In this document: piece after piece, positions 1-8,860 of the stretch
How the letters are laid out: every line of letters starts with the position of its first letter
Numbering within the stretch: the stretch's first letter is position 1
From: an uncultured Pseudomonadales bacterium
GTDB taxonomy: Bacteria > Patescibacteriota > Microgenomatia > UBA1400 > UBA1396
Assembly: GCA_964598125.1 (NCBI GenBank)
Contig: CAZRAG010000001.1
Coordinates: 8,810 to 72,809 of the forward strand
Direction: 5' to 3'
DNA: 64,000 nucleotides
The notes under the pieces: generated by a model
Seen by the model: the letters and a program-made list of their open reading frames with translations, nothing else
What the model was told of the DNA's origin: nothing
The model's database searches: none
Made by a program: the position numbers and the translations under genes

Positions 1-255
1 GCTCGCACTAAGGATGGAGAAAGATATTCACCAGGTGAAGTTCACCAAGCCCAAGTATCCTTTGAGACAAACTGGAACAATGACCCCAAGCTTTTATCGG
101 GATCGATTGCCATGTTACGAGGATGGTTAGAATTACATCCCGAAGCGCCCGAGCAGGAGCGTGAGCAGACTGCCCGCACCATAGTGAAGTATGTGCATTT
201 GGCGGATGTTCTGGGAATTGATATCGAACCCATGGCTCAGGCCGTAACGCGCTGA
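1..255 (+). CDS. 3' end of an upstream hypothetical protein; start lies outside the window
   Basis: Frame 1 is open from the window edge for 84 codons and ends at TGA 253-255. A tRNA promoter follows it. The opposing 63-aa ORF 42..233 (-) is judged less likely. Confidence 0.35.
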   Translation, partial: ARTKDGERYSPGEVHQAQVSFETNWNNDPKLLSGSIAMLRGWLELHPEAPEQEREQTARTIVKYVHLADVLGIDIEPMAQAVTR

Positions 256-336
256 GTCATTGGTGGCGGTGGTGATCTGAGGTGAAGGCTGGTGATATCT
301 CGTTTGGAGAGCCTCCGACCTCTGGCAAACTCCTGT

Positions 337-364
337 TTGGAAACTTGAGGAAATTGAGTATAAT
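337..364 (+). promoter_or_regulatory. sigma70-like promoter candidate for the tRNA-Asn gene
   Basis: ttggaa (337-342), a 16-nt spacer, then tataat (359-364). The tRNA starts about 33 nt downstream. Confidence 0.4.
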
Positions 365-396
365 TACCCGTATCGCATGGCGCCTGCGCCAGACGA

Positions 397-468
397 TCCC
401 CTGTAGCTCAACGGTAGAGCAGGAAGCTGTTAACTTCAAGGTTCGTGGTTCGAATCCACGCGGGGGAG
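397..468 (+). tRNA. tRNA-Asn (anticodon GTT)
   Basis: Hand-folded cloverleaf. Acceptor stem 397-403 pairs with 461-467 (7 bp, one G-U). D arm is gctc/gagc. Anticodon stem ggaag/cttca carries loop cTGTTAa with U33 and A37, giving anticodon GTT. T arm is cgtgg-TTCGAAT-ccacg, with discriminator G468. The 3' CCA is not encoded. Confidence 0.85.
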
Positions 469-628
469 CATAGAAAAATCCGCATTTGCGGTTTTTTTAT
501 GCTCTCTTGCTAAGGAGGGAGCCATGTTCCGAAGGGGTCGAGCATTCCTTACTCTTGATGCATGCGAGACAACCCGAGTGCAGGCTAAGCGAGTGGAAGC
601 GAGCGAAGTCGCTAAGACACGCGGGGAT
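461..628. repeat. Direct repeat copy 1: tRNA 3' end plus ~160-bp downstream flank, attL-like
   Basis: Positions 462-580 are near-identical to 4155-4272. Similarity continues at about 75% identity to about 628/4322. The repeat begins inside the tRNA acceptor 3' strand (gggggagcat). Confidence 0.7.
474..498 (+). terminator. Hairpin plus T-run downstream of the tRNA; also present in repeat copy 2
   Basis: aaaaatccgcatttgcggttttttt has a short GC stem (ccgc/gcgg) extended by an A/T arm, then T7. It is a weak stem, and bidirectional in principle. Confidence 0.4.
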
Positions 629-715
629 CCAGATCGTTATGACAATTCTCAAAACAGTTATTGGGAAAAGGGTCTTCCTGTCAAATCGACTTCATTAACT
701 GAAAATGTTCTTTAA
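524..715 (+). CDS. Small hypothetical protein (63 aa) encoded within the repeat. Its N-terminal 19 aa are duplicated at 4218
   Basis: A strong SD (aaggaggg) lies 5-6 nt upstream of the ATG. The first 19 codons are identical to the copy at 4218..4355 apart from synonymous changes, after which the two diverge. It could instead be non-coding att-flank sequence. Confidence 0.25.
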   Translation: MFRRGRAFLTLDACETTRVQAKRVEASEVAKTRGDPDRYDNSQNSYWEKGLPVKSTSLTENVL

Positions 716-1646
716 TTGCAAAGTTCACGCTACTCCTGTCTCGGGATTTATCAAAACCAGTAACCCGATAATAGTCCTTTTTCCCACCATGGCTTAAGGC
801 AAGTGACCTGTTGGGCCAGAGCTTGTACAGATTTTTCAACCACTTTTTTTCATTACGTTTGGTAATGGAGCTCATTATTGTGTAACCGATGAAATCAGGC
901 AAAAATAGTTGGAGATGCTCCTGCTCACTACCGATAATAAAGTCTTCGAAAAATTTCTTAGCATTATGATGGTGAACATCACCATTCTCAGAGTGGTAGA
1001 CAAGATAGGGATGCTCAGCGTCCCATTCTTCAGGAGTATATATGCTGTATTTATGGTTAAGTTCGCTGGTTGTAAGAATCATCGTTGCCTGAACCAGGCG
1101 AATGAATTTATTTGGTTGATTCTGGGTATCAATAATATGGTGCATGCGCCATTCATCCCTGGATACATGTGTGTAAACATAGTCAAACTGGAAAAATCTT
1201 TGCCATTCAAGAAATATTTCTGTAAACATCACAAATTTTGCGTAATCTCCGACGCTATAATTTCTTAATTGATCAAAATAAAGGCGCAAGTCATCAACGT
1301 ATGATGGTTGTAGCTGATCGCCCATTTCTACAATTTTCTCCTCAGCCTTTTTAATAGTCTCTGTGCAGTGTCTTTCAACCCAGGTTTCGTCCTCTGAAGT
1401 CAAGTCATAAATGAATGATGTGTATTTTATTTCTTGATGCGCGTTAATATAATTAAGCACTTTTTTTCTTACTTCGTCATTAATGGTTTTTCCTTTAACA
1501 CCCATCAAACCTTGAGGAAATAGTCGGTCCATGAACTTTTGAAAAGAAGACCATTCTGCGTCAGTAATAGTTACCAAAGTAACAATTCCAAATCGTTTTT
1601 TTGTCGAATCACGAAAAGAGCCAGTTTCGTCCAAGACAACGTACAT
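681..1646 (-). CDS. DUF3800-like protein (N-terminal MYVVLDETG motif)
   Basis: 321-aa ORF. The N-terminal hydrophobic-x-DE(S/T)G motif is characteristic of DUF3800. It is the first gene of the islet next to the tRNA. Confidence 0.5.
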   Translation of the reverse strand: MYVVLDETGSFRDSTKKRFGIVTLVTITDAEWSSFQKFMDRLFPQGLMGVKGKTINDEVRKKVLNYINAHQEIKYTSFIYDLTSEDETWVERHCTETIKKAEEKIVEMGDQLQPSYVDDLRLYFDQLRNYSVGDYAKFVMFTEIFLEWQRFFQFDYVYTHVSRDEWRMHHIIDTQNQPNKFIRLVQATMILTTSELNHKYSIYTPEEWDAEHPYLVYHSENGDVHHHNAKKFFEDFIIGSEQEHLQLFLPDFIGYTIMSSITKRNEKKWLKNLYKLWPNRSLALSHGGKKDYYRVTGFDKSRDRSSVNFAIKEHFQLMKSI

Positions 1647-1722
1647 ATTCTAATCATATAAGATAATTTAGAACAAATCGATCAACTATCTTCGCTTATT
1701 ATAAAATTGATATGATGTATTC

Positions 1723-2004
1723 ATGAAATCTCTATTCGGATTAGTAATTATCTGCTTCATATCGTTTTGGTTATGGAATAACGTTATTTCCCCTCCAAAG
1801 TACATTGGCTTCTACTATCCTGATTCTAGTAACCTTTTTATCTACAAGCAAAGTCCAGAGTTAAGCTCACTAGAGCAATGCCATGAATGGGTTAATGAAG
1901 TTAGTAATGAAAGGACAGACACGAATTTTGACTATGAATGCGGTAAAGATTGTAAATTGAGTAAAAGTGGTGAAATGTATGTCTGTGATGAGACTCTCAA
2001 ATAA
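1723..2004 (+). CDS. Small secreted or membrane-anchored hypothetical protein
   Basis: 93-aa ORF with an N-terminal hydrophobic segment and several Cys in the C-terminal part. Confidence 0.4.
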   Translation: MKSLFGLVIICFISFWLWNNVISPPKYIGFYYPDSSNLFIYKQSPELSSLEQCHEWVNEVSNERTDTNFDYECGKDCKLSKSGEMYVCDETLK

Positions 2005-2042
2005 ATTGTAATTCTTGCATAAGTAGATATAGAATATCGTTA

Positions 2043-2585
2043 ATGGGAAAAAGATTCCTTATATATCTTACAGTTTTTGTTTTTTTGCTTTCATTTTCTC
2101 CATCCGTTTTAGCTCATCCCGGTAGAACAGCGGCTGATGGCTGTCACTACTGTCGAACAAATTGTGATAAGTGGGGAGTACCTTGGGACGAACGACATTG
2201 TCACAACGGTGGAAGTGCACCAGCTGTGACCCCTCCAAAACCAGTTGCCACACGAAAGCCATACGCTGCACCAACCTCCAAACCGACCCTCAGACCCACC
2301 TACAAACCTGTAGCTTCGCCAACACCCCTTCGAACATGTTCAGCTACCAGTGACGGTATTTGTCCAAACAACTGTACGGCTGGAAACGATAGTGATTGCT
2401 GTGCTAGAAAATCAGACTACAAATGGTATGACAACTGGGGATGTTATCCCAAAAAACTTTTTTGTTCTGCTCAATCCGATGGTGTGTGTCACTGGTACTG
2501 TTCAGCAGGAAATGACGCCGATTGCTGTGAACAAAAATTAGAGAGTTATCAGTGGTATGAAAACTGGGGATGTTATGAAAAATGA
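2043..2585 (+). CDS. Secreted cysteine-rich protein with two tandem ~43-aa Cys repeats and an N-terminal H-x-G-x4-DGCHYC motif
   Basis: Signal peptide MGKRFLIYLTVFVFLLSFSPSVLA. Repeats are CSATSDGICPNNCTAGNDSDCCARKSDYKWYDNWGCYPKK and CSAQSDGVCHWYCSAGNDADCCEQKLESYQWYENWGCYEK, separated by a Pro/Thr-rich linker. Confidence 0.6.
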   Translation: MGKRFLIYLTVFVFLLSFSPSVLAHPGRTAADGCHYCRTNCDKWGVPWDERHCHNGGSAPAVTPPKPVATRKPYAAPTSKPTLRPTYKPVASPTPLRTCSATSDGICPNNCTAGNDSDCCARKSDYKWYDNWGCYPKKLFCSAQSDGVCHWYCSAGNDADCCEQKLESYQWYENWGCYEK

Positions 2586-3054
2586 CAGTTATTCATTGGA
2601 CAAGTCAATAAAATTTTTACTCATGATTGCAGTATGTGTAATTTTTTTGCTGTTTGGTTTGGCCTATTGGTATCTACATCTGTCTGGTGATAACTGTCAA
2701 TCAGCAACGACTGAGAACCAAATTGATGGCGTATCTATCCATAATATAAACAATAAAATCTCTTATTTGGAAATCGTTGATCTCAATGACGATGGAATTG
2801 ATGAAGGAATTTTTCGTCTAACAAGTATGTCTTGGATTTCTGAGATTCGAATTCTTAATGATGAGCTATTGCCTCTCTGCGATAAATGCGACTTTTTAGT
2901 TCGCAATGGTGGTCTCGAATACGTTGATCTTGATAATGATAAAGTCTTTGAACTCATTATCACGAATGAAGTTGAATACACAAATGAAGTAGAAGAGATT
3001 TTTTCGGAAAGAAGCACATATTGGTGGGTTAATGATAATTACGAGAAAAGATAG
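2575..3054 (+). CDS. Membrane-anchored hypothetical protein
   Basis: ORF 2557..3054. The internal ATG at 2575 gives a short overlap with the upstream stop. An N-terminal TM helix is followed by an acidic soluble domain. Confidence 0.45.
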   Translation: MKNDSYSLDKSIKFLLMIAVCVIFLLFGLAYWYLHLSGDNCQSATTENQIDGVSIHNINNKISYLEIVDLNDDGIDEGIFRLTSMSWISEIRILNDELLPLCDKCDFLVRNGGLEYVDLDNDKVFELIITNEVEYTNEVEEIFSERSTYWWVNDNYEKR

Positions 3055-3198
3055 AAAAATGTGTTTGAATATGCTTTTTAATAACCTCAACAAGCTAATA
3101 CTCATCTACAACAAAAAATTGTCAAGAATTGGTAAGACCTCTAATAAGTTAGGCAAACGATTGAAAAAGCAGATAAAGTCTCATCATGTTATAGAACA

Positions 3199-4002
3199 TC
3201 ATTTCCTATATTTCCCACCACAGAAATTTGCTGTCATCGTAAGTAACATTTCGTGAGGGATGTAACCCAACATGTTTTCTTTACCAGTTGGTTTTTTTAC
3301 ATATGTCATTTTACAAGCATCCCTATATATAGTAATTTCTTCTTCTATGCTCTCAGTTGTAGATACGGCAAATATTTTTTCTTCATCCCATTTAGTAACA
3401 TTAAACAAAGATTTGTCCACTGTTAACCATCCATTATTCCATTTTTGAACTGTACCTGTAAGCCATTCGCATTGCATCTTATCCTGATCACAGTCCACAG
3501 AAATCCACCTTGCCTCATCTGCTAACTTGCTTACATCATCCCAGTCTCCTTCAATTTTAACTGATCTTCCGTAATCATAAATATTTGAAAATCCTTCTAT
3601 ACTACTCGTCTTATAATAATATGAACCATCAAAAAGAATATATAAAATCAGCCATGCTAAAAAGAAAATCAAAAAAATATTCCACTTTTTATAACTCGGA
3701 AATATTTTTTCATTCCTCTTGCGTAAGATATCCCATATTTTTTTAATTCCCAAAATAACTAGTGAAAAAATATTCGTGATAACTAATATTCCTGTAATGA
3801 TCAAAAAGAATGATATAACATTGAGTTTAAGATCATTAGTAGATTCATAGAGAAAATATAGAGCTATGAAGGGTGATGACAAGTTGAAGAGAACTAGAAT
3901 GAATCTAGCAATTTTCAAAATGAGATTTTTTTCTATTAACTTTCCTTCTAAAAAAATTGGAAGTGTATTAAATAATGGGTTTTTTTCCACTTTTTTTATC
4001 AT
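3199..4002 (-). CDS. Polytopic membrane protein with a C-terminal soluble domain
   Basis: 267-aa ORF with about 4 predicted TM helices in the N-terminal half, followed by a Trp- and Cys-containing C-terminal domain. Confidence 0.5.
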   Translation of the reverse strand: MIKKVEKNPLFNTLPIFLEGKLIEKNLILKIARFILVLFNLSSPFIALYFLYESTNDLKLNVISFFLIITGILVITNIFSLVILGIKKIWDILRKRNEKIFPSYKKWNIFLIFFLAWLILYILFDGSYYYKTSSIEGFSNIYDYGRSVKIEGDWDDVSKLADEARWISVDCDQDKMQCEWLTGTVQKWNNGWLTVDKSLFNVTKWDEEKIFAVSTTESIEEEITIYRDACKMTYVKKPTGKENMLGYIPHEMLLTMTANFCGGKYRK

Positions 4003-4124
4003 AAGTTGAATATATCAATAAATTTCTTAATATGTGAAGTAAATTTTCATCAGCTTGTTGTAGTCATGAAGTCAGAATAAACAATTCCTCAAAGAATCAT
4101 GTCCACTAAATATGAATACCTCAA

Positions 4125-4322
4125 CCCACTCCCTTGTTCGTATACCAACCATCTGGGGGAGCATAGAAAAATCCGCATTTTCGGTTTTTTTTATGCTCTC
4201 TTGCTAAGGAGGGAGCCATGTTCCGAAGGGGTCGAGCATTCCTTACTCTTGATGCATGTGAGACCACCCGAGTGCTGATGGAGCGAGTGACAACGAGCGG
4301 AGACGCAAAGACACGCGAGGGA
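4125..4322. repeat. Islet right-end arm (4125-4154) plus direct repeat copy 2 (4155-4322), attR-like
   Basis: 4155-4272 matches 462-580. The preceding 30 bp (cccactcccttgttcgtataccaaccatct) resemble 11708-11737 (cccaccccctggttcgagtaccaaccatcc). Confidence 0.7.
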
Positions 4323-4355
4323 GGTAAATTGGATTGGCAGGTGCCACATCAATGA
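4218..4355 (+). CDS. Second copy of the repeat-encoded small ORF (45 aa)
   Basis: Same SD and N-terminus (MFRRGRAFLTLDACETTRV) as 524..715. It diverges downstream and is shorter. Confidence 0.2.
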   Translation: MFRRGRAFLTLDACETTRVLMERVTTSGDAKTREGGKLDWQVPHQ

Positions 4356-4510
4356 AGTACAATGCAAAATTTTCAATTGGATCAGTCAGAAATGCACAAA
4401 AAGGCAAAGGAATACCCGCTGCTTTTGAGGGTGAGCTTCCAAAAGGAAAATATGATATTCATTCTGAACTCAAAGTTCCCTAGGTGGTGGGAAATTTATG
4501 AGAGAGCAGC

Positions 4511-5284
4511 TTAGCCTACGAGGTTATAGAGTTGTTGGTTGATACTCTTCCAAGAAGCTTCAAACTGGTTCTTCAGTTCATTTGAGGACTCAATTTCATC
4601 CAAAAGTCTGAGCCCGATTTTTATCAAACTTCCATGAGTAATCATTAGGGCCATTTCAATATCTCTTTCAGATGCCCCAGTAATAAGTTCCTGAGTTGTG
4701 TGATCCAAGATGTCACTTGGTGAAGTGTGATTCTTTCGGTTTCCAGCCACATAGACCTTCAATACTGTTTCTTTTTCAGATGAATTTAACAATCCTTTGT
4801 TTACAAGCCATTCAATTATTTGCTCAACACTTTGGCCTGACCAATTGTTTCGTTTTCTTAGCTTCTCAGGAACTTGATCGTAGCTCTTATTCACCAGCTC
4901 TTGCACTTGTTCTTCAACAGTTGATCCGAATGATAATAGGAATTCCATATCATTTTTTTGATCTACAGCTACATAGTCTAAAAATTGATCTGTGTATTTC
5001 TCTTTATCTTTTTCCGCTATATATTCCATATAAATCATGTCTTCAAAAACTCTTCTTGATAAATCAAGCATTGATCCACCAACTACTATTTGTAAGTCTG
5101 GCATTTTTTCAACCTCATCAGCGAGCATCACAAGAGTTTGTAATGTGAAATAACCTTTTCTGAAAACAAGCTCAAGTATTCTGCCAAATTTTGACTTATA
5201 CTTATTTGGTCCCGTAACTACAGGGTGAGCAATTGATAAAAACTTCTGAGATTTATCAAGAAATTCTGGTCGTTTTGTTGACAT
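4511..5284 (-). CDS. Hypothetical protein
   Basis: The listed ORF 4511..5362 begins at a TTG. The internal ATG at 5284 (MSTKRPEFL...) avoids overlap with the divergent gene. No recognisable domain. Confidence 0.45.
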   Translation of the reverse strand: MSTKRPEFLDKSQKFLSIAHPVVTGPNKYKSKFGRILELVFRKGYFTLQTLVMLADEVEKMPDLQIVVGGSMLDLSRRVFEDMIYMEYIAEKDKEKYTDQFLDYVAVDQKNDMEFLLSFGSTVEEQVQELVNKSYDQVPEKLRKRNNWSGQSVEQIIEWLVNKGLLNSSEKETVLKVYVAGNRKNHTSPSDILDHTTQELITGASERDIEMALMITHGSLIKIGLRLLDEIESSNELKNQFEASWKSINQQLYNLVG

Positions 5285-5339
5285 ATCAGTATGATAACAA
5301 AACAGAGACAAACAAAGAAATAATATAGGTAACCATGTT

Positions 5340-6125
5340 ATGAAAAATAATCTTTTTTCCAAAGATGAAGTGGCTTGCTCTGATAAATTTGATCAACTCT
5401 TTTCAAGCGAGATCAAACTATTTTCAAATCTCTTTGAACAATTGGAAAGCTTTGTCAGTCAAATTAGTGGGAAAATAAAAGACACTGAGAGACCAGATTA
5501 TACTGTTGAAATATTACTGGTCCATAACCTTTCACTTTTCGCCTGTGCTTTCAACCAATTACGAAGTGGATACTTGGGGGTTTCTCAAGCAACTCTTCGC
5601 TCTATAGCTGAAAATCTTACAATGTCTATGTATTATTGGGAATTTCCAGAGCACGAAAAGAAATACCGGGACAATACGAGATCGTTGTGGAATTCTATAA
5701 AGCAAAAAGGGTATGCAGGTGAATGGATGGATTTGGCATTAGCTCGGATTGATAAAGAAGGAAAAGTTTTCAAAATTCTTGATGAAAGCGGTGAAAGAAG
5801 TTGGCAGAAGTTTATTTCTCAAAACCTGATGGAAGAAGCAAGTAGTTTTTTACATCAAAATTTTCACTTCGTTGAAGCACTTGTTTATCAAACTACTAGT
5901 AATGATGGTAAAAACCACTTTGTATATGGACCGCATTGGAACAACGATGAGGTCATGAAGAACGGACTCTGGAAACTTATTGAAGCACTGATATTTGAAA
6001 CAATTGTTTTTGACACAGTGTTCAAAAAATTTATAAATGTGAATGATAGGAAGCTGGTTGGTGAAGCGGTGGATCAGCTAAACGAATGGAAAATTGAATA
6101 CAATAAATCTGAGGAAAAATTATAA
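5340..6125 (+). CDS. Hypothetical protein
   Basis: 261-aa ORF, divergent from 4511..5284 across a 55-bp intergenic region. No recognisable motifs. Confidence 0.5.
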   Translation: MKNNLFSKDEVACSDKFDQLFSSEIKLFSNLFEQLESFVSQISGKIKDTERPDYTVEILLVHNLSLFACAFNQLRSGYLGVSQATLRSIAENLTMSMYYWEFPEHEKKYRDNTRSLWNSIKQKGYAGEWMDLALARIDKEGKVFKILDESGERSWQKFISQNLMEEASSFLHQNFHFVEALVYQTTSNDGKNHFVYGPHWNNDEVMKNGLWKLIEALIFETIVFDTVFKKFINVNDRKLVGEAVDQLNEWKIEYNKSEEKL

Positions 6126-6252
6126 GAAACACATCCTGATTTCTTCCAATGCGGTAAGCAGTTTATCAGACCTCAAGTAATACATCCCACAACTTAATAC
6201 ACCGAAATAGAAGCTAGAACCTTGATGAGTTTTTGATATACTTTGAGGCATT

Positions 6253-6900
6253 ATGCCTCCAGAAATAACCAACATCGATTTAATCAATCTTGTCGCTGCC
6301 ATAGCCTCACTAGTTTTGGCTGTTATAGCTATTTGGCAAGCTATCCATTTTTATAACCAAGCAAAGTCTACCGAGTTAAATACCGCACTTACACTAGAAA
6401 GTATAAAGACCCAATCAACCATGCTCGAGCGCTTAACTGCTAAATGGATGGACAGATTTACTAAATACGTTACTAATCCCAGACCGATTGATGAAACAAC
6501 TACTAAACTTTTGGAGTTTATAGAAATAAGGCAGATGGCTTTAAATTTACCTTCTCCTGAAGACAGTAAACAAAAAAGCGAGTTAATTCAGGAACTTATC
6601 ACAAGCTACATAGCAGTACTTTATTATGTTGGGATATCCAATATTACAACTCAGCAACATCTCCCTGAAGCAATTGAAGACCTAGATCAAAATGAAGGAA
6701 TTAAACAAATTGTTGATCAAAGTAAAGCCGATTACGTTTATTTGAAAGGTGTATTAGCTAATATTGACCAAACTCAACTTGAATCTAGTAGACTAAAACA
6801 TTTATACGATCAAGCTCTCGGATGGAATCAATTTATAAAAGATACTGCATCAGTTTATAGTAGTAGGGCAAGCAATACAAATCAAGGAAGTGGTACCTAA
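6253..6900 (+). CDS. Membrane-anchored hypothetical protein
   Basis: 215 aa with an N-terminal TM helix (LINLVAAIASLVLAVIAIW) followed by a helical soluble domain. Confidence 0.45.
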   Translation: MPPEITNIDLINLVAAIASLVLAVIAIWQAIHFYNQAKSTELNTALTLESIKTQSTMLERLTAKWMDRFTKYVTNPRPIDETTTKLLEFIEIRQMALNLPSPEDSKQKSELIQELITSYIAVLYYVGISNITTQQHLPEAIEDLDQNEGIKQIVDQSKADYVYLKGVLANIDQTQLESSRLKHLYDQALGWNQFIKDTASVYSSRASNTNQGSGT

Positions 6901-6933
6901 TAATAAAAGCAATTCCTGATTTCCTCTACAACG

Positions 6934-6949
6934 GGGAGCATACGAAAAC
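6934..6949. repeat. att-core-like fragment (ggggagcatacgaaaa)
   Basis: Matches the tRNA 3'-end/core gggggagcatagaaaa at 463-478 and 4156-4171. It lies in the intergenic region between two convergent genes. Confidence 0.3.
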
Positions 6950-6991
6950 CACACCATCTCCTAAAAAATTCACGCACTTCCTAAGCCTCCC

Positions 6992-8860
6992 TTACCCCAC
7001 CAACCTCTCTCTAAAATACTCCCTCGTCTCTGCATCAGCAGAAAAAATTGAGCAGCTCTTCATACCTCGGCTCATCAATGTTCGATAGGTGTTTTTAATA
7101 AGCGTATCAGCACGTTTTTGTGCTGCCTCCGGGTCCTCCTCATACGCCTTCTTATAACCTTTCAACGACTTGTCGAACTGATCTCGAGCGCCAGGATTCG
7201 TAACAACCTCACCATCTCTGACTATCAAATCAGGGCCAATAATGACGCCTACATGTTGTAACTCCAAGCCTTGGGCCGTGTGAATACAGCCCACTTGATC
7301 GATCGATTCTGGATTAATAATCCAAGTACCACCATGTTTTGATAAGTTCCACTGCATTTGGAATCCATATTCAGGGAACTCAATATCATACTCATTCGGA
7401 TTGTTCTTTGACTTCCACCGCCAACAGTATCCGGCCAGCATTCGAGCCCGATTGTCTGGTTTATTTAAAGTCTCAATATGCTGCTTTAAAAGCATCGGAT
7501 CATCAAAAACACGAAAGTCATACTCGGATTTTTCAAGCCGAATATTGGCCGTTGGTGTTATGCCCAAAGTATTGTCCAACCATGCTAAGTAACCATCCGA
7601 ACCATTGCACCGAAACTGTGATTCCAGTTCAAAAGAGTGAACATCTGCTCCATACCACTTCGCCCACTTTTCAATCTCCGCGACCGAACCCATATCTTGC
7701 CAAGTGACTTGTTGTGATTCATCAATAAAGAACACGGACACCTTAGCGGCACTTATGATTTCCTTTACCTGATTCTTCCCAAAATTGCTAAAAAGACCAC
7801 TTTTCTCTACTAAGCGGTGGGCCTCATCCGTAATCAGGGCATCGTACTCATTATCTGCAGAAGAAATGAAAGAGCCTGAACCGGTAAAGAGAGTATTAAT
7901 CTCTGATTGTTTGTAGGAGTTAGTGAGCTTTGCTTCAAAAACTTTCCGGGGCGCACTATTTTTTGTTACGTAACGGACATTCTTGCGGTGATCAATAATG
8001 CCAGCAGCTAGCAGGTTAATGGCGACCACAGACTTTCCTGTTCCTGGGCCACCCCGAATAATTATGACTTGCTTGCGAGCATGCTTGTCTGCATCCCGAA
8101 TGGCGCGAGAAGCATACTCAAAAACAATTTTTTGAGAGTCTACGAGCATGAAGGCTTGGTTCCCTTGCAGCATATCAAGCAATTTATTCGCCAACTCTTC
8201 TGTTGGCTTGTAGTTTGATTCCGATAGTACACGCAAAATGTTACAAGAATCCGACACAATACCGGCAGATTCGAAATGCTTAATCAGCTTTTCTCGATCC
8301 TGTTTTACAAATAGGGGAGACTGGGACCAATAGTGTCGGTAAAAATCACACAAAAGTTCGTTATTGGATTCACAATTATGAAGGTAGGCACAGGTACGAA
8401 TATCAATATTATGTTGTGAAACACTTTCGTTGAAGTTGCGCAAAAGGTGCGCGTAGGACAAAGCTTTCTGGGAGGGATGATTTGTTTCAGTATACCCACC
8501 GCCAAGCCAAGTCCGCACGATTCCATCCATGTCCGTTCTCTCAACTCGCGCCCACTGCTTGAGCTCCACAATATACACCTTCTGTTCACCCATAGATGTT
8601 TCACCAGCAAGAATAAAATCGATGCGCTTCTTGGTAAAGGGAATACCAAATTCTATCGCAACCGTTGCATCATCATGAAGATCAGCACTATTAACTACAT
8701 GGTACATGGCATTACCAATTGAGTTCTGCCACGCTTTGTACTCAGAGGATTGAGGTTTAATATTTATGAGTAGTTTTTCGCGAACTTGCTGGCGGACAAT
8801 ATCTTGGATATCTGGGGCATCTTGAAGAAACTGCTTCTTCGTAGCCTGGTAAACAATCAT
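6992..8860 (-). CDS. DUF2075-family protein: N-terminal PD-(D/E)xK nuclease-like module plus SF1-like ATPase (Schlafen-like helicase domain)
   Basis: 622 aa. The N-terminus has ...RIDFIL...(13 aa)...IVELKQW, a D...ExK restriction-endonuclease-like signature. Walker A is IIRGGPGTGKSVV, Walker B is LITDEAHRL, and a UvrD_C-like motif is IHTAQGLELQHVGVIIG. The start overlaps the MazG-like stop as ATGA. Confidence 0.75.
   Translation of the reverse strand: MIVYQATKKQFLQDAPDIQDIVRQQVREKLLINIKPQSSEYKAWQNSIGNAMYHVVNSADLHDDATVAIEFGIPFTKKRIDFILAGETSMGEQKVYIVELKQWARVERTDMDGIVRTWLGGGYTETNHPSQKALSYAHLLRNFNESVSQHNIDIRTCAYLHNCESNNELLCDFYRHYWSQSPLFVKQDREKLIKHFESAGIVSDSCNILRVLSESNYKPTEELANKLLDMLQGNQAFMLVDSQKIVFEYASRAIRDADKHARKQVIIIRGGPGTGKSVVAINLLAAGIIDHRKNVRYVTKNSAPRKVFEAKLTNSYKQSEINTLFTGSGSFISSADNEYDALITDEAHRLVEKSGLFSNFGKNQVKEIISAAKVSVFFIDESQQVTWQDMGSVAEIEKWAKWYGADVHSFELESQFRCNGSDGYLAWLDNTLGITPTANIRLEKSEYDFRVFDDPMLLKQHIETLNKPDNRARMLAGYCWRWKSKNNPNEYDIEFPEYGFQMQWNLSKHGGTWIINPESIDQVGCIHTAQGLELQHVGVIIGPDLIVRDGEVVTNPGARDQFDKSLKGYKKAYEEDPEAAQKRADTLIKNTYRTLMSRGMKSCSIFSADAETREYFRERLVG

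Noticed and set aside
282-473. 63-aa ORF overlapping the tRNA
   Set aside because: It covers the tRNA-Asn gene and its promoter. No coding signal.
2043-2274. Possible YHYH-domain assignment for the N-terminal HPGRTAADGCHYC motif
   Set aside because: My recollection of that family's signature is too vague to assert. Kept as a descriptive motif only.
7339-8722. Several 60-120-aa plus-strand ORFs inside the DUF2075 gene
   Set aside because: Antisense to a 622-aa gene with clear motifs.
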